This document shows, in pieces, positions 1 through 14,412 of a stretch of DNA of 64,000 bases. A model generated the notes under the pieces. The model searched no databases, had not been told where the DNA came from, and worked only from the letters and a program-made list of their open reading frames with translations. How positions within the stretch are numbered: the first letter of the stretch is position 1; every line of letters starts with the position of its first letter. A program made the translations under genes and the position numbers. This DNA comes from Tubulanus polymorphus (taxonomy: Eukaryota; Animalia; Nemertea). The stretch spans positions 10,262,451 through 10,326,450 of the forward strand of contig NC_134035.1 in NCBI RefSeq assembly GCF_964204645.1, written 5' to 3'.

Positions 1-818
1 ATTTCATTTTTAACCTTTGAAGTTTGTAGACAGTCACTGTTTATTTTATCATTTATTCTCCACGTATGAGTGCGGCTATCCCACTACTTACACTTTGTGC
101 CACTGTTGTCTAAAGTAAAGTTTAGATAATCGGAAATGGCCTAATTTCAACTCAATTAAACTCGACTCCGTAACTGCGAAATTGGCGCAATCTTCAAGAT
201 TGAAGTATACAATATTCAACATTCATTTATTCATAGATTGAAATTGGGGAATGCTGATTTTTGAAATAAGGGGCTTCAATCGACTGAGTTCGTCGCTGCG
301 CGCGCGAGCGCCGTTTTAAGTAGAGAATCAAATACTGCGAATAGCGAAATTACGAGTAGTCATATAATAAAAAGCATGTTTGAATATTGTGCCAAACGGG
401 GGAAAATCCTGATATATGGTTTTACCGAGAGTCTCTTCGCCGACGATATATAAAGCACTTATGCCGACTGACGAAACGAGATTGAAAAGAAATTAAATTT
501 TCAAGATGCCAAGCGCGCGGAGATTTATTTCAATCTCGGCAGCCGGCTTATTACTAATGGTATATGGATTTACTTCCAATCGGAAATCGAAAATATAACC
601 AGAAAACCTGGGCAGAGTGAGACGAGAGAGGGAGAGAAAAAAAAGACTGTAGATGAATGACTTCAAGCTGCGCACATGTTCTTAATGTACGCAGCGATCT
701 TAACACGAAGGCAGGTAGTACTGAGTGGGTTAACGCACTTAACTTGAAATTATAAATTTGTTATTTTCAGATAAAATCAATTTTCCAATACACATATCCG
801 GCTTATCCATACACATAA

Positions 819-819
<1 letters not shown>

Positions 820-912
<93 letters not shown>
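820..912. repeat. (TA)n microsatellite
   Basis: Uninterrupted TA run. Confidence 0.98.
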
Positions 913-914
<2 letters not shown>

Positions 915-1754
915 ATATCTATTGAAATCTCAAAATCGAAACCTGATATATTGAAATCTCAAAATCGAAACCTGATGAAAGATATTTTCAAAATCATTCT
1001 GAACTTAGGACAATTTGTTTGATAATCCATTCTGAATCGATCAGTATTGCGCATATCTTTTTCCTGAAAATAAATATCACCATTTCGCTATTTTGCGATA
1101 TGCGCAATTATAAACGCGATGGTGTCGTAGTCGTAAACGCAGAGCTGCCAGTCGACGACAATAACTGGACGCAGCGTAGACAAATGAAACGACGCATTAA
1201 AATCAATTTACGGCGATATTAGTAAGTGTCGCAAATCCAATTGCAAACACATAAAACGATAAACGAAATATTTTGCGCCGCGCAATTTAGCCGCGGTAAC
1301 ATTAGTCGATAATGTAATAAGTAATAAGTAACGCAAGCTCGGGCATAGTGTACGGGGTAGTTAGTACAGCCGGCAGGTGTTTGAATATCTCCATACGGCA
1401 CCCGAACGAACGTTTGAATTTCCAATCGAAAAATATGCATCAGACGCACGAATAGCAGAAAAACCGTCGACTTTAATAACAATCGCAAAGAAAAACGACG
1501 ACATTGTTTGCTTCCCTCCCGTCCCGAATGCCGTGCGCGCGCGTCGCGAAATTACGCGTTCAAACATATCCGAAAAGCGACCAGGAAAAAAAAAACGATA
1601 TAGTTGTACGAAATATCTATCGTCACGAGATAGATAATAATTTCGCGAATTTTCGTCGCCGAATTATTCGGCAAATAGACGCGGCATTTCGAAACGCGGC
1701 GTTACTGTCGTAGTTAGCGCATACAATAATGTGTCGTCGTCGTCGCACACTTAC

Positions 1755-1805
1755 CCGAGATCAACGCTGATGCAATATTTAGCTATGTAAATAATCCGAC
1801 GCGAC
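1755..1805 (-). other. Possible 51-nt exon of the same minus-strand transcript
   Basis: Minus strand ttttttttctaaattcacctcccgcag|GTCGCG...CTCGG|gtaagtgt. Supported by splice signals only. Confidence 0.25.
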
Positions 1806-3114
1806 CTGCGGGAGGTGAATTTAGAAAAAAAAAACCGTATGTCTCACACGCAATGATTCCGAGGAGGACTTCCAACGAGACTACCTTATGTATATATACA
1901 GGAAACTTATCGATCAATTTTTCGAGTTGAAAATATCCCTAATCAGGTACGAATCAAGTGCAATTAATTGAATTGCCGAGCTTGTGATGTACGTAAGATG
2001 AAATACACATTCCGCAGTCATTAGTTGAATTCCAGTTAAACTGAACTGATCTCAAATTTGAAATCTGAATACAAATATATGAAATCTGCACCAATGAAAG
2101 TGCCAATCAAGTTTTTTAGTTTCAACTTGTCTTATTATCAGATTAGTCCAAATATGCAGAGCCATGCATTTGTGATTCAGTAAATTCTTTCAATTTACCT
2201 AATAAGATCATCTATTGTTTCACCATGATTTTATTCCACATTGTGCTAGGTAAGCTTCTATGTTAGGAATAGTGGTCATAGTTCTGTATATGAAACATCT
2301 AATTTTGATGGGGCTCAAATATTCTACTTAAATACCAAAAACTAGCAGGCATAAGTTAACTTCTGAGTATGATGCAGATACTTTGTGGGGCTTGGTGACA
2401 GAAATGCGTCTGTTTTCGTCCAATGATGACAAATGCAATGACGGTTGTTTTTTCATCATTTCAAAGTATTACAAATAAGGAGGACGCACAAAGATATGTG
2501 TAAATGATGAAAGAGTGCACCGAGCTTCACTAACAATTGATCGGTACTGCTGCTGCTGCTGCTGAGACTGAACGCAATTATTGTATGATCAGTGGGTGTG
2601 GAGGATAACAACGTATATACATACATCACTTTATCATGTCGCGCGCTCGTATATAAGCGTGTCCATCTTCCACCCTTCCGGGATCCCGGGGCTCGATTGA
2701 CACATGACTCAACCGAGTATAAGTATTAGTCAGAAGATGAGATAGATAGATAAAATAGATCTACAACTAGTCACCGACTGCGCGCGATCACAGTCAAAAC
2801 GCCGGCGTCGTCGCTGTGTTAGTGTGTGTGTGTATTTTGTAGATAACGACTGATGACGTCGTCTGCAACAAAAATATGAGAAATATACATCGGTTGTCAA
2901 TTTCGCGTATTATTCACGCTGCGCGACCTCAATTAGTCGCGGTTCAGAGGTCGCAATGTCGCCGGCATCAGCGTGTCCTATAACGCCACGCAGTCATTGT
3001 TCATTCCGATATCTTTTCAGTATTTCATTTACAGTACAAATCTATTTTACATATCGCAGTTATACAAAAAAAAGGTTTGCAATCATTTTATTAATATCTG
3101 TCATGTTCGGCATA

Positions 3115-3600
3115 TCAATATGTGTACATACATTGCGACTTCTCTTTTTGTTTTTCTGTCAATATGTGTACATGTATTGCGATTTCTTTTTGTTCTGTCA
3201 ATATGTGTACCTGTATTGCGACTTCTCTTTTTGTTTTTCTGTCAATATGTGTACATGTATTGCGATTTCTTTTTGTTCTGTCAATATGTGTACCTGTATT
3301 GCGACTTCTCTTTTTGTTTTTCTGTCAATATGTGTACATGTATTGCGATTTCTTTTTGTTCTGTCAATATGTGTACCTGTATTGCGACTTCTCTTTTTGT
3401 TTTTCTGTCAATATGTGTACATGTATTGCGATTTCTTTTTGTTCTGTCAATATGTGTACCTGTATTGCGACTTCTCTTTTTGTTTTTCTGTCAATATGTG
3501 TACATGTATTGCGATTTCTTTTTGTTCTGTCAATATGTGTACCTGTATTGCGACTTCTCTTTTTGTTTTTCTGTCAATATGTGTACATGTATTGCGACTT
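3115..3600. repeat. Minisatellite with 83-bp higher-order period (alternating 44- and 39-bp units)
   Basis: tcaatatgtgtac starts at 3115, 3159, 3198, 3242, 3281, 3325... This array explains the three overlapping repetitive ORFs. Confidence 0.95.
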
Positions 3601-5703
3601 GGAATGTAACGGGGATCAATTTTGTAATCGCAAATTGAATTGAATTGAACGTACATAATTTGGAAATTTCCGTCCAAGTTCAAGACTTTATCAAGAAGTC
3701 TAGGGACAAAAACGCAAGCGATACTTGAATCATTGGTCGTGGCATGCCATGAAATATGAAATATGAGCAAACATGTTTGCCGCTAATTTTTTCAATGTAA
3801 AAAACGCTGTATAAATCAGCGCTTCCACAAACAGGTATGGTTCTAAGAATAATTCCGTACATTTGCGACGACGGATAAATCCGCTCTCGAATTTCCCGCG
3901 TCGTAATCGGGGTAAAAAGACTCGGATGGCGCGGGGTTAAAGATAATCACTCGAACGGGACACTATCAGCATCCGCAATTGGCCGGTGAAAAACGACGGA
4001 ATAAAGAGAACAAAGAGACGCAATTCGAATCGGGATCACCGTAAAAAGAGCCGGGCATTCGAACGACGACAACGTATCAATCCCTTAATCCCGTAATCAT
4101 TACTACAAAAATATGAATGAACGGCTCTCACCGGCGGCGGCCGTAGAAACATCAACGCCGAACATCACGGCGATAGTAGAACAGCAATATCAGCGTCGTC
4201 GTCAGTCTCTCTCCTGGCGAGAGCGAGCGGTGTCGGCTCAGATAAGATAAATCAAGACAGGACAATCGTGAAGTGTGATAGGGTAATCGTATACTCCCGC
4301 GGTGTCAATAAAATATACACACTCACACAAACAGTAGCGTCAATCATCGGGGATACGCGACCGCAGCACCGACACCACCGACTACAACCAACGACGACGA
4401 TGATTCTTCACGTTATGCGAAAATATTTTTTTCCATCGTTCCTATCGAACGAACGGAACCTGCGCGCGTCAGCTGCCCTCGTATCGATACCGCGGTATAA
4501 GCGGGGGAAGTTAATCCGGTTAAGAGTCGTATACCCTGGGAATAGACCCGATATCAGCGACGCTGTCTCGATATCGAACTATAATCTATACATCTAAAAC
4601 GGGCTCATATCTATAGGCTGGAACGGGGAGAAAGATTTTCAGGGTCTGACATGTTCTAACGACACTTTTTTCCTTAAATGGATGATATAAGGTTGCATTA
4701 TGACAAAGATGTATTTGTCTGCTTAGACTATTAGTGACTGGCTATTATTTGATTAAAGATGGACTTATCATCCTATAGACTAAGGGAGTAGCGATGCTTC
4801 AATGTTTTAAGTCTATGAGCCATTTTCAAAACTGAAAATGGTTCCGAAAATTCCTCATAGCAATTCAGTGAAAACCTTACTACTCTCTTAGTCCTTCTTA
4901 GCGGGTTCTTCCTCACAAGTGGGTTCTACCTTTGATACAAGGATGTATCTATTCATGAAATACGGAAAGGATCGAAGGCCATTGACTATAAACAGGCAGC
5001 ATTCCCTTGATTTGGCCGTGAAATCTAGTCCTTCGAAATAGAAATAACGGAGACAGAATATATTGACAACATATGGGTATACATTGAGTCCTAATTAAAC
5101 CTATAACCAGTGATGAAATGCGTATAGAATTAATTCTATAATCGCTAGTTAAATCTATATATCATAACGGAAGGCTAATACAGCTACAATTTTCATAAGT
5201 GGGATGGCCATTGCATGCCAATTTACCATATTTATAACACACTATTTCCTCGAGAGAATCCGAAGAATTTCTAGGTTTAAAATATTATGATTAAAATCAT
5301 TTTTCATTGATTCACATAAAGGGAACACGTGTTCAATCACATACAGAAATTCCCTGGATTACTTTTCAGATTTGCTGAGTTTTCCAGGTTTTTTTCAGGT
5401 CAGTGACCACCGTGAAATCGAGGAAAGCTAAACCGATCCAGTCAACACGTAACTGAAACACTCACGAAAAAAAGAAAACCATACCGCGACACGAGGCAAA
5501 TGGTTTTTTATCGAATTAGAAATACAGCGGCAAGGTTACTTGATCGGGGAAGGGGGAGTAGGGGGGAGTAGGAGGGGAGTAGGGGGCAGACGTCGTCGAT
5601 GATTCGAGAGAAAATCGATAATTCGCCGCAGATCTTCTTCCGGGTCACTTATAAACTTAATACTTTACGTTATTAAAACAACGCGACGTCGTCGCACGGA
5701 ACT

Positions 5704-5847
5704 CACACAGGTATATACGCTTACAGCTCGGTCCATCGTCACGCAGGTATATACGCTTACAGCTCGGTCCATCGTCACGCAGGTATATACGTTTACAGCT
5801 CGGTCCATCGTCACGCAGGTATATACGTTTACAGCTCGGTCCATCAT
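5704..5847. repeat. 36-bp tandem repeat, 4 copies
   Basis: Unit cacgcaggtatatacgcttacagctcggtccatcgt. Confidence 0.95.
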
Positions 5848-6146
5848 CTCGCGTCGACGGTGAACGCAACGACGATGAAAACTATAAAAAACAAAGTCAA
5901 CGACGTATAATGCAACCTGCCGATTCATTATCATCATATTTAGTATCGTCAAATCGTATTTAGTTTCATCCGATTCTGTACTAACACATAAGCTCTTAGA
6001 AATGTACACCGAAACGAACACGAGGGAATTCTGACGTCTCTTTTCACTGAATTGAATGCCTCGGAATGATCTCGCGACCCCTTATACCTATAGAAAACCT
6101 ATATTAAAGAAACCCAGCCCCAGTTTGTCTTTCTCGATTATGAAGA

Positions 6147-6260
6147 TATTATCATCATTATTATTATAATTATTATTATTATTATTATCATTATTATTAT
6201 TATTATTATTATTATCATTATTGTTGTTATTATCATTATCACTAACGCATTATCATTATC
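6147..6260. repeat. (ATT/ATC)n microsatellite
   Basis: Imperfect trinucleotide run. Confidence 0.9.
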
Positions 6261-8360
6261 ACCTTATGCATATTTGCACGTTCATTGCACTGGGCACCTC
6301 GCCTCAGCACTTGTAGCTGTGTACAGCTTTTAAAGCTTGCTTGTCCCTCTCCATATTGTAAATCAACCATCTTATATATTTTGTTAATCATAAACTTTTT
6401 GTGGAGAAAATTAATCAATATCATTATCATGAATTGACACTCGTCTACTAGACAAGATATTGCGTGAAAACCGATATTTATAGGGATTGCATTGTCAGGG
6501 TCAGTTGGTGGCTCTGTCAGGTGACCTAATGAAATTCGAGTAAAAACCTACGATACGAAAATCATGAAAATGTTCTTGCGATATCGTCGACAATGCCGAC
6601 AGGCTCTTCATCTCGCCCTCTCCATAATTCAAGTTTAAATCTTAAAAGCACTATTAATCACTTAGGACAATTAGTAATGACACGTGACGATATGATTAAA
6701 ACGTCCGTTCGAATGCGAAAACTTCCAAACATCGTAATTATTTACATTCTTCATTACGGAAACTCGCTCATTTACATACTCATTTGCATACGGTTTTTGT
6801 TCGGAGGGGATGTTCGCAAATGAAACGATGTCAAAAGCTGCGAGTCGAACGACAGTCTCTGCGATTGAGATGATCCATCTCGGTTCGGGAATTAATACCG
6901 TTCCGGTGACAGCTGTCAAAAAATATCGCGCATTGTCGCGAAATGTCTTCTGTGTGTCACGAATAGGAGAATTGTGTCCCGTCTGAATCAAATACACCAA
7001 GCTGCGGCGCGGAGCTAACTTTTTAAAAGAGTAGTTCTCCGATTACCGGTTCAGCGGTCGAGACAGACACGAGAGAGATCGACTCGACTGTGACATCTGT
7101 GACTGGTTGCAACAGAGGCATATGAGAAGACTATACAACTTGTCTAATCTCAATTACGAACTTAAAAAAAAGGTCGCAAGTCAATCTCGGTGCTATAACC
7201 AATTTACAATTTGAGGCCAATCTCGGCTCATGTTGGTGCTCGTTTTAATAGCTTATCTCATCATCTATTACCGCTAGAAGCTTATCTCGATTTTATAGCC
7301 AATCTAAAAAAACTCAGAGACTAAGTGGCAAAACCCAGCAAAACACCAGAAAATGGCGAAACCCCAAAGAAACGAAGGTCGATGGCCGCTCATACTGGAA
7401 CGAGAGTGCTTTATTCGACTGCATCAATTAGAAAACTCACATGTGTCAGCAAACATGTCAGAAACGTAAAATCCGTTTTAAAAACCGAAAACTTACATCT
7501 CTGAACAACTTGACATCATATTTAGCTCATCTTGGCCCAATATCGAGAATCACATAATTCAAGACCACTCCAAGTTCATTTCAAGGCAATCTGACAGGTA
7601 TTGGAACATTTCCATCCTACAGCCATAACTTAAGTCCAGTCTGAGCTTATTTTGGTTTTGTATCCAATCTTACAACTTAAGACGACTGGTCTTAGCACAT
7701 TTTGGTCCGATAGACAATCTAACAACTTTTAAGACCAGTGTAAGCTCAATGTGGTTCAATATCAAATTGAAAACTTATAGACAAGTCTAAAGATTTCGGA
7801 CAATTTTTGGACGAGTCAAAGCCAATTCAGTGTTAGACAGGGTACATACAACGTTCTCGTCAGATCATAACTATGCACAAAATCTTTTAAAATCATGTTA
7901 TCATTTCAATGAAACAAAAATATCGAATCGTAAAACGCTACGACAACGACGGCGGTGGCCGCGAGTAGAGAGTAACAGGCAGATTAAAACTGAAATTAAT
8001 GATGACACGAGATGACGGGATTATCTTCGTTAAACGATCCGATAATTAATGAACATTACGCGCGATTAATATCTCGAAATCGCGGATTAGAAACCGAGTT
8101 AGTCGAATATCGAGACTGAAAGAGAAAGCGTCCCGTATGAAAAACTGTTGTTATTAAGTGTAAAACTTCGCGTCAAAAATGAGATTAGTATTCATCCGAT
8201 ATTTTAATTGATCGTCGTTTCATTCTCAACAAGTCAACAATAATGAAATAATCTTCTATAAATTTTTGGATTTCGTACAAAGAATCACGGCCGCGATACG
8301 AACGAAATGAGTAGAAAATCTTGTTTAATGAGTGCACTTCGACCATTAAACTAATGTCTG

Positions 8361-8489
8361 GACCCAGTTTCACAAAAAAGTTAACCTCAAATTTTTGGTG
8401 TAACCACCATTGGTTACTTCATGTTTTCAAAGAGGACAACAATTCAAACTTAACCGATTTAGGCTTAAACTTTTTCACGAAACTGGGCC
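8361..8489. mobile_element. Short TIR MITE with CTG target duplication (PIF/Harbinger-like)
   Basis: ctg|gacccagtttcacaaaaaagtt...aactttttcacgaaactgggcc|ctg. Related copy at ~54720-54848. Confidence 0.6.
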
Positions 8490-9949
8490 CTGTACTACGA
8501 TATCCCGATGTAAAATCTGACCCCCCTGTTTCGTCGCTGGTAGGTGTGGTGGGTTTTGAAGATCATGCACATCAAATGGCTATATGGAAATTAGATAAAT
8601 CAATAGCGCGAAAATTGTCCCTATTCCAAGAACCACCAATGTATGCCAGACATTCACTTTATCTGTAACTAATTAGAAATGAGAGAAGAGGAAAATGTTC
8701 AGTTCGATCAGTTGAACGGAACTTTAAAGTTGACCAATGCTCCTACAGTGTGGCCACGCTTTCCGCCCATTTACAAATCCCCTTAGTTTTCCATGCGATT
8801 ACACAGAATTCCATGAGTGAATCAGAGAAATTCTAGGTTTAAAATGCAACAATTGATTCATTTTTTATCGAATCAAGAATTGAAATGCGTGGTCGATAGC
8901 ATCATCTAAATTCCAGGTTTTTGGTATAAAATTCATCAAAGTTCCTGAGTTTTCCTTCATTATTTTATGAAGATATCTCCGATTCCCTGAGTTTTCTAGG
9001 TTTTCCAGGTTTTCCAAATTTTTTTTCGAAAAACCTTTCGGATAACAACTCGTACTCGAGGAGGTCGAGATGAAAAATGATCAGTCATAATTAATCACGT
9101 CGGATTACGATCGAAACGCGGACAATAAACGAAGGCCGGACGACATTCGGACTGGGCGTTTCCGACCGTCTGTGCCCGACGATGGTCATCGCGAGAAAAC
9201 ACGTACGTGACAAAAGCTTCAACGGTCGACTACGACCTCGAAAAGGCGCATTGAAGCCCGAGTAATTCACGACGACTGGACAATGGTCAAAACCCGCGGG
9301 GTGCGTGCCGCAAAAAAATTCAAAACGACGATAATGAGCTATTTGCGCCGTACGCCATTGACGTCGGTCAAACCACAGATTTGATAATACAGAAAGTAAC
9401 GGAATAAAGAAAACCGGCCGAAAATAGAACATATTATACAAATTGCGACTTAGTCGGATACTTTTCGCGAACGCGCTTTTGACTGCTGCGACAAAAAGAC
9501 GAAGACGAGACTGAATGAATTACACCAGACGACAAAGATGAAAAGCGTTGACCATTCAGTGACCGGTGGTGATTTTTGTGGTCGCTGCGGACAATGGGCG
9601 ACGAGCTTCGAAACGCGATATCCCCGCCGGCAGCGTCCGCGGAACAATCGAAAAATCTCGAAATTCCGAACTGAATATTCTCTCGTTTAACTCGATACAA
9701 TAACGAATGAATAATAATCGTCGTAAAGTTTATTTTCGGAGCTTTTTTCTAAATGTCGAATCTAGTATTCGATTATAACGGGACATAAAAACGTGCGAAA
9801 TGGCGCGACCTTTCGAGGAGTCGAGGCGCAGACGGCGAGGGTAGGATAGGTAACCGGCTTCGAACGAAATTCTCAGAAATCACTCGAGTCTTCGAAACGA
9901 CGTCAAATCGAAGAAGACCTATTACTATGTCATTGCGTCATTGTAAGAC

Positions 9950-10175
9950 GAGAGAAAAATCCCACAATAACAAAGCCAAAATTGAAAAATTCTATATCAG
10001 AATGATTGTATTTGAGGAGCGACATTTCGGCTAACAACTGTTGGCCCATCATCAGGCGTACTGTACGTTCAGGATGATGGCCAACAGTTGTTAGCCGAAA
10101 CGTCGCTCCTCAAATACAATCATTCTGATATAGAATTTTTCAATTTTGGCTTCGTTCTTGTGGGATTTTTCTCTC
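9950..10175. mobile_element. Inverted pair of hammerhead-bearing elements, family 2 (~104-bp arms)
   Basis: Arms 9950-10053 and 10073-10175 differ by 3 substitutions and 1 indel. Consensus CTGATGA-TGGCCAACAGTTGTTAGCC-GAAACGTC. A 14-bp direct repeat gcgtcattgtaaga lies at 9935-9948 and 10213-10226. Confidence 0.7.
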
Positions 10176-13100
10176 ATCATCATCATACACGGATATTGTG
10201 TATCTTCTCGTCGCGTCATTGTAAGATTTTACTTTTCTAAAATAAGTATATACAGAAAACAAGCCGCGTGCACGCGTGTAACGGATATCAATATTTTCAA
10301 TAACTCCACGAATGAAATTAAATACTCCCCAGCGAAACTAGAGACAATATACGGTTACACATCGCACCGATATAACCCCGACTACCGATCGCTGAATTCC
10401 GTCGAGTTTCACAAACTGAAACAGGTATACAAGTCTCCGATTCGTCGAACAAAGCCTTTTTAGACGCTGAAATTCGTCTCGATTCTCGATTCAGCGTTTG
10501 GGCATTAGTATCGAGCATGTACGCGACAAACCCGATGACCACTTCTTTCCTTACAAGGATGCTCGACTGATTCTCGAAACGCGGGAACTCGATATATTTT
10601 CCCTCGATTTACTAATGCGCCGGCCGCCACCGGTATACCTGCGGTGTTGATGTTACAGGCAGGTAGCGATTTCACCGCGTATCAAACGAAACCGTAACCA
10701 TATATCTGCCGGGAAAGAAATGCCGGTGCGGCACCTGAAACGACGTAATCGAATACTTACAGAACTTGGGCGGTAACTTTTTCAATGAGTGGCGATTAAA
10801 AATTCAGCCATCCATCGCGCACTGCAACCGTCGGGTCCCGCAGCCGCGGTGTTTTAACAGTTACGTTAACGATTACCGAATGGTACATTGTTAAATAACG
10901 GCGCCCGGTAATCTTATACCGCGACGAAGAAAAGTTTCCTCGTAAAAACGATTGCAAACACACGCGAGTACAATACGTTCGATTCTGACGAACGAAGAAG
11001 AAAAAGGAGAAAATATGATAGAGAGCTAGGAAAGACGACGCGATGCGCACGGATATTCGATAGGTTCTTTTCGACGTGATTGAAAAGGCCGTACGAATTA
11101 TTGAAAAGTTTCTCGTCGCGATGATCGCGTCCCGATATCGTGGAGAACGTTTCGTAACTTAATGAATATAACGTAGTAGGATTCTCGCGCGACGAAGATG
11201 AATTTTTTATGAACGTTCGTCACTTTTTCGAACCCGAGAACCAGTCTCTCTCTCTCGGGTTCTTTTTCATGAAAACAAAACAAACTCGCAACCTGATCGA
11301 CGTGAATCCGAATTGACAGACCTGATATCTCTAATTGTAGTAGTTTTCAATAAAAATGAAAGTAATTTGGCCTCAAAAATGAAGGTTTAATCGTTAATGA
11401 ACTACAATTTATGCTGATTTTGAGAGTATCTCGATATTTCGGGGAGCAGTTGAGCTCTTAAAAACAGTAGTTAATACCCTCATATAGTCATTGTAGACAG
11501 GTTTGCTCATTGTCGTACTTTTTGCAAGAAATGACAGAGCAATTTGATTTCAATAATTCGAAAAATTGGTTTAATCGACAATGAACAAGAAATCATTCTG
11601 ATTTTGAGAGTATTTCGATATTTCTAGTAGACAAGATCATAAGGGTAGAAACTACTGTCAAATAGCAGTCGTTGAGTCGTAGTCAGGTCTCCTTATTTTA
11701 GTAGTTTTCACCACAAATGAGAATAATTTGACATCGAAAATAGAAGTAAATGAAAAAGAAATAGAAATTATTCCGATGTATTTGAGAGTAGTTAAGCCCT
11801 TAATAAAGAAGCTACTGTCGAATAGTGATGTTAGTAAAGTCAGAATTGAGTCTGTCGGCAACATCGCCTTGAGCAGCAATATAACTATATAGCGAAAAAA
11901 AAACTTCAATTCAAACATTCATTTTAAAATATTGCATATATGATTGAACGGCGAGCTGAGTTGATAACGAAACCTCGCGGCGTTCGTTCAGCCGTGATCA
12001 GAATTATTCATTAAATATACAACAAAACACCAGTATAATTAGTATACACAAAATACGAACATTCGCAATCGGCAAACGAGATTTATCTATCAATAAATTT
12101 CAATAAATTAACAATAAAAAATCCGGTCGCATAGCCGGAATATATATGCTTTCATTGTTGTGTTCGGCTGGCCGACGAGATTAGATCGATGAGCAAATAT
12201 TCACATTCGAAGGTCGATAGCAGAAAATTTACATCGCGTTTTCAGTCGCAGGTTCGTTGAAATAGTTCTTCGATTAGAATTACAATCGTCGTGCAACTGA
12301 TTAACTACGTTCGAATTCATACGAAACAATGAATTCAATTCAGATAAAATGAAAGCAAACAATGATTTAGAATTAATGATAACCCTTAAAAGTTCACCAA
12401 CTGACGTTCAAGGGTAGATCGTAGACTTCATATAACACTTCAGAATTTATAGCAAAAAATCTACATTTACCATTATGAAATGCCTTTTGAAAACTAATAT
12501 CCATTCATCATTAGTCATCTTAGGTAGGATTTGTTATCTTTTTTTCTGTACTTATTACTTATCATCAACCCATATTTTCATAGTTTAGTGTTATATTCCA
12601 TTTTGTATTATTCCTAAATAACATTTTTGTAAATTATGTTCTGGTAGCAAATCAACTGTTTATCCACTGTATCGCTAATAATGTATTTTCAAAAGACTTA
12701 AGCATATTTATACATACTGTAAAATTGTTCTTCTGTTAATAAAGCTACTTAAACCAAAAAAACTTCAGACTTCGTTTTATAGCATAAACATATTCCTAAA
12801 AAACAACTAGAAGAGAAGCTGTGTTCACCTGGTAAAAACACTCTATCAAAAGTTGTATTTGAAATATCTGTCTCAAAGTACCGTTCAATGGAATACCCCG
12901 TCCATAATGATCAAATCAATGCAAATCAATGCAGTAAAAACTGTGTTAGTTTAACTGATTTAAGGTATTGAATTTATTGAGAATTTGTAGTCGTCGCGAT
13001 ACTTTTTTCAGATATACACCTTACCACCTTACTAAAAATGGAGTCGGCGAGGTGGAAGTGAAATGTCAGGTCAGGTCAACACCAGCCGTCGTTTTCTGAT

Positions 13101-13923
13101 TCGGGGAACACGTTTTGTGTTGTCGCGTCGAAGTTAACCCATAATCCGACTTATTGTCCCGACACGGGAGTGGACTAGCGGAGAAACCTGCCCCCTAACC
13201 GACCGAGACAATACGCGACCGACCGGCCGAGAGCGGAGATAAACTCCCGGCGACGTTTTTCCGCGAAAATCAAAGGTGTCCGTAGCGATTGCGGAATGAA
13301 TGCGAAATGACTATTGACTCGCCGGGCGACAATCATTTCATCGACGCACGGCGCGTTTTTTGCGCCATCGACATTAAAAAAATATGGCAGACGACGTTCG
13401 CCGTACACAATGGACAAATGATTTGACCGGACGACGCCGGACGGTGGATTTACTTTTTTTTCACCGATAACAAGAGGGTTTTTGTAATGATGATGATCGC
13501 GCCGCTCGAAGCACCGAGCGCCAGCTGTCTCACGATGGACGTCGGTGGTGGTGCGTTACTGTATCCGTTAACGAGCGCGGAGGCCGAACCCGGGATTTCG
13601 ACGGACAGCCCTTAATTACCATGATAATGATGATGATTATTGTAATAGCCGCTGACTATCTGATAGACACGTGTTGACCGCTAGATCTACCCTCCTACTT
13701 CCTAATCAGAGAAAGTAAAAACCAAAATTTAAGAATCTCAGTTAAATCGGCTCATTATATTCTACTGAATATAGTCCGTAATGATATATTCTTTCCATGA
13801 AAAACAATACTCAAAACTCCCAGGTCCATTCTGTATGACATCTTAACTGGATGTCTTGTACACAATTAAAAGGAGCTTAAAAACTTCAAATTCAGACAAA
13901 AATAACCCCAAATCCAATCGATT

Positions 13924-14412
13924 AGAGATACAGATGTCAAAGTCAGGGTTGGACTAGATACAGATATGAAAGTCAGGGTCAGACTATATTCTGATGACAA
14001 ACTCAGGGTTGGACTAGATACAGATTTCAGTGTCAGGGTTAACACTGGATACAGAAGTCAAAGCCAGTGTTGGAATAGATACAGATGCCAAAGTCAGGGT
14101 CAGACTATATCCAGATGACAAACTCAGGGTTGGACTAGATACAGATTTCAGTGTCAGGGTTAACACTGGATACAGAAGTCAAAGCCAGTTTTGGAATAGA
14201 TACAGATGCCAAAGTCAGAGTTGAAATAGATACAGATTTCAGTGTCAGGGTTAACACTGGATACAGAAGTCAAAGTCAGGGTTGGACTAGATACAGAAGT
14301 CAAAGCCAGGTTTGGAATAGATACATACATCATTGTCAGGGTAACACTAGACACAGAAGTCAGTCGAGGTTCAACTAGATACAGATTTCAAAGTCAGGGT
14401 TAAGACTAGATA
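13924..14412. repeat. ~30-bp minisatellite (~16 units) with a 121-bp four-unit higher-order duplication
   Basis: Unit agatacagatgtcaaagtcagggttggact. Near-identical ORF starts at 14030 and 14151. Confidence 0.9.

Noticed and set aside
2956-3643. Three overlapping 173-221 aa Cys/Phe-rich ORFs
   Set aside because: Artefact of the stop-free 83-bp minisatellite; the same peptide cycles through all three frames.
9950-10175. Long hairpins as microRNA precursors
   Set aside because: Arms are too long and are explained by inverted copies of a dispersed element.
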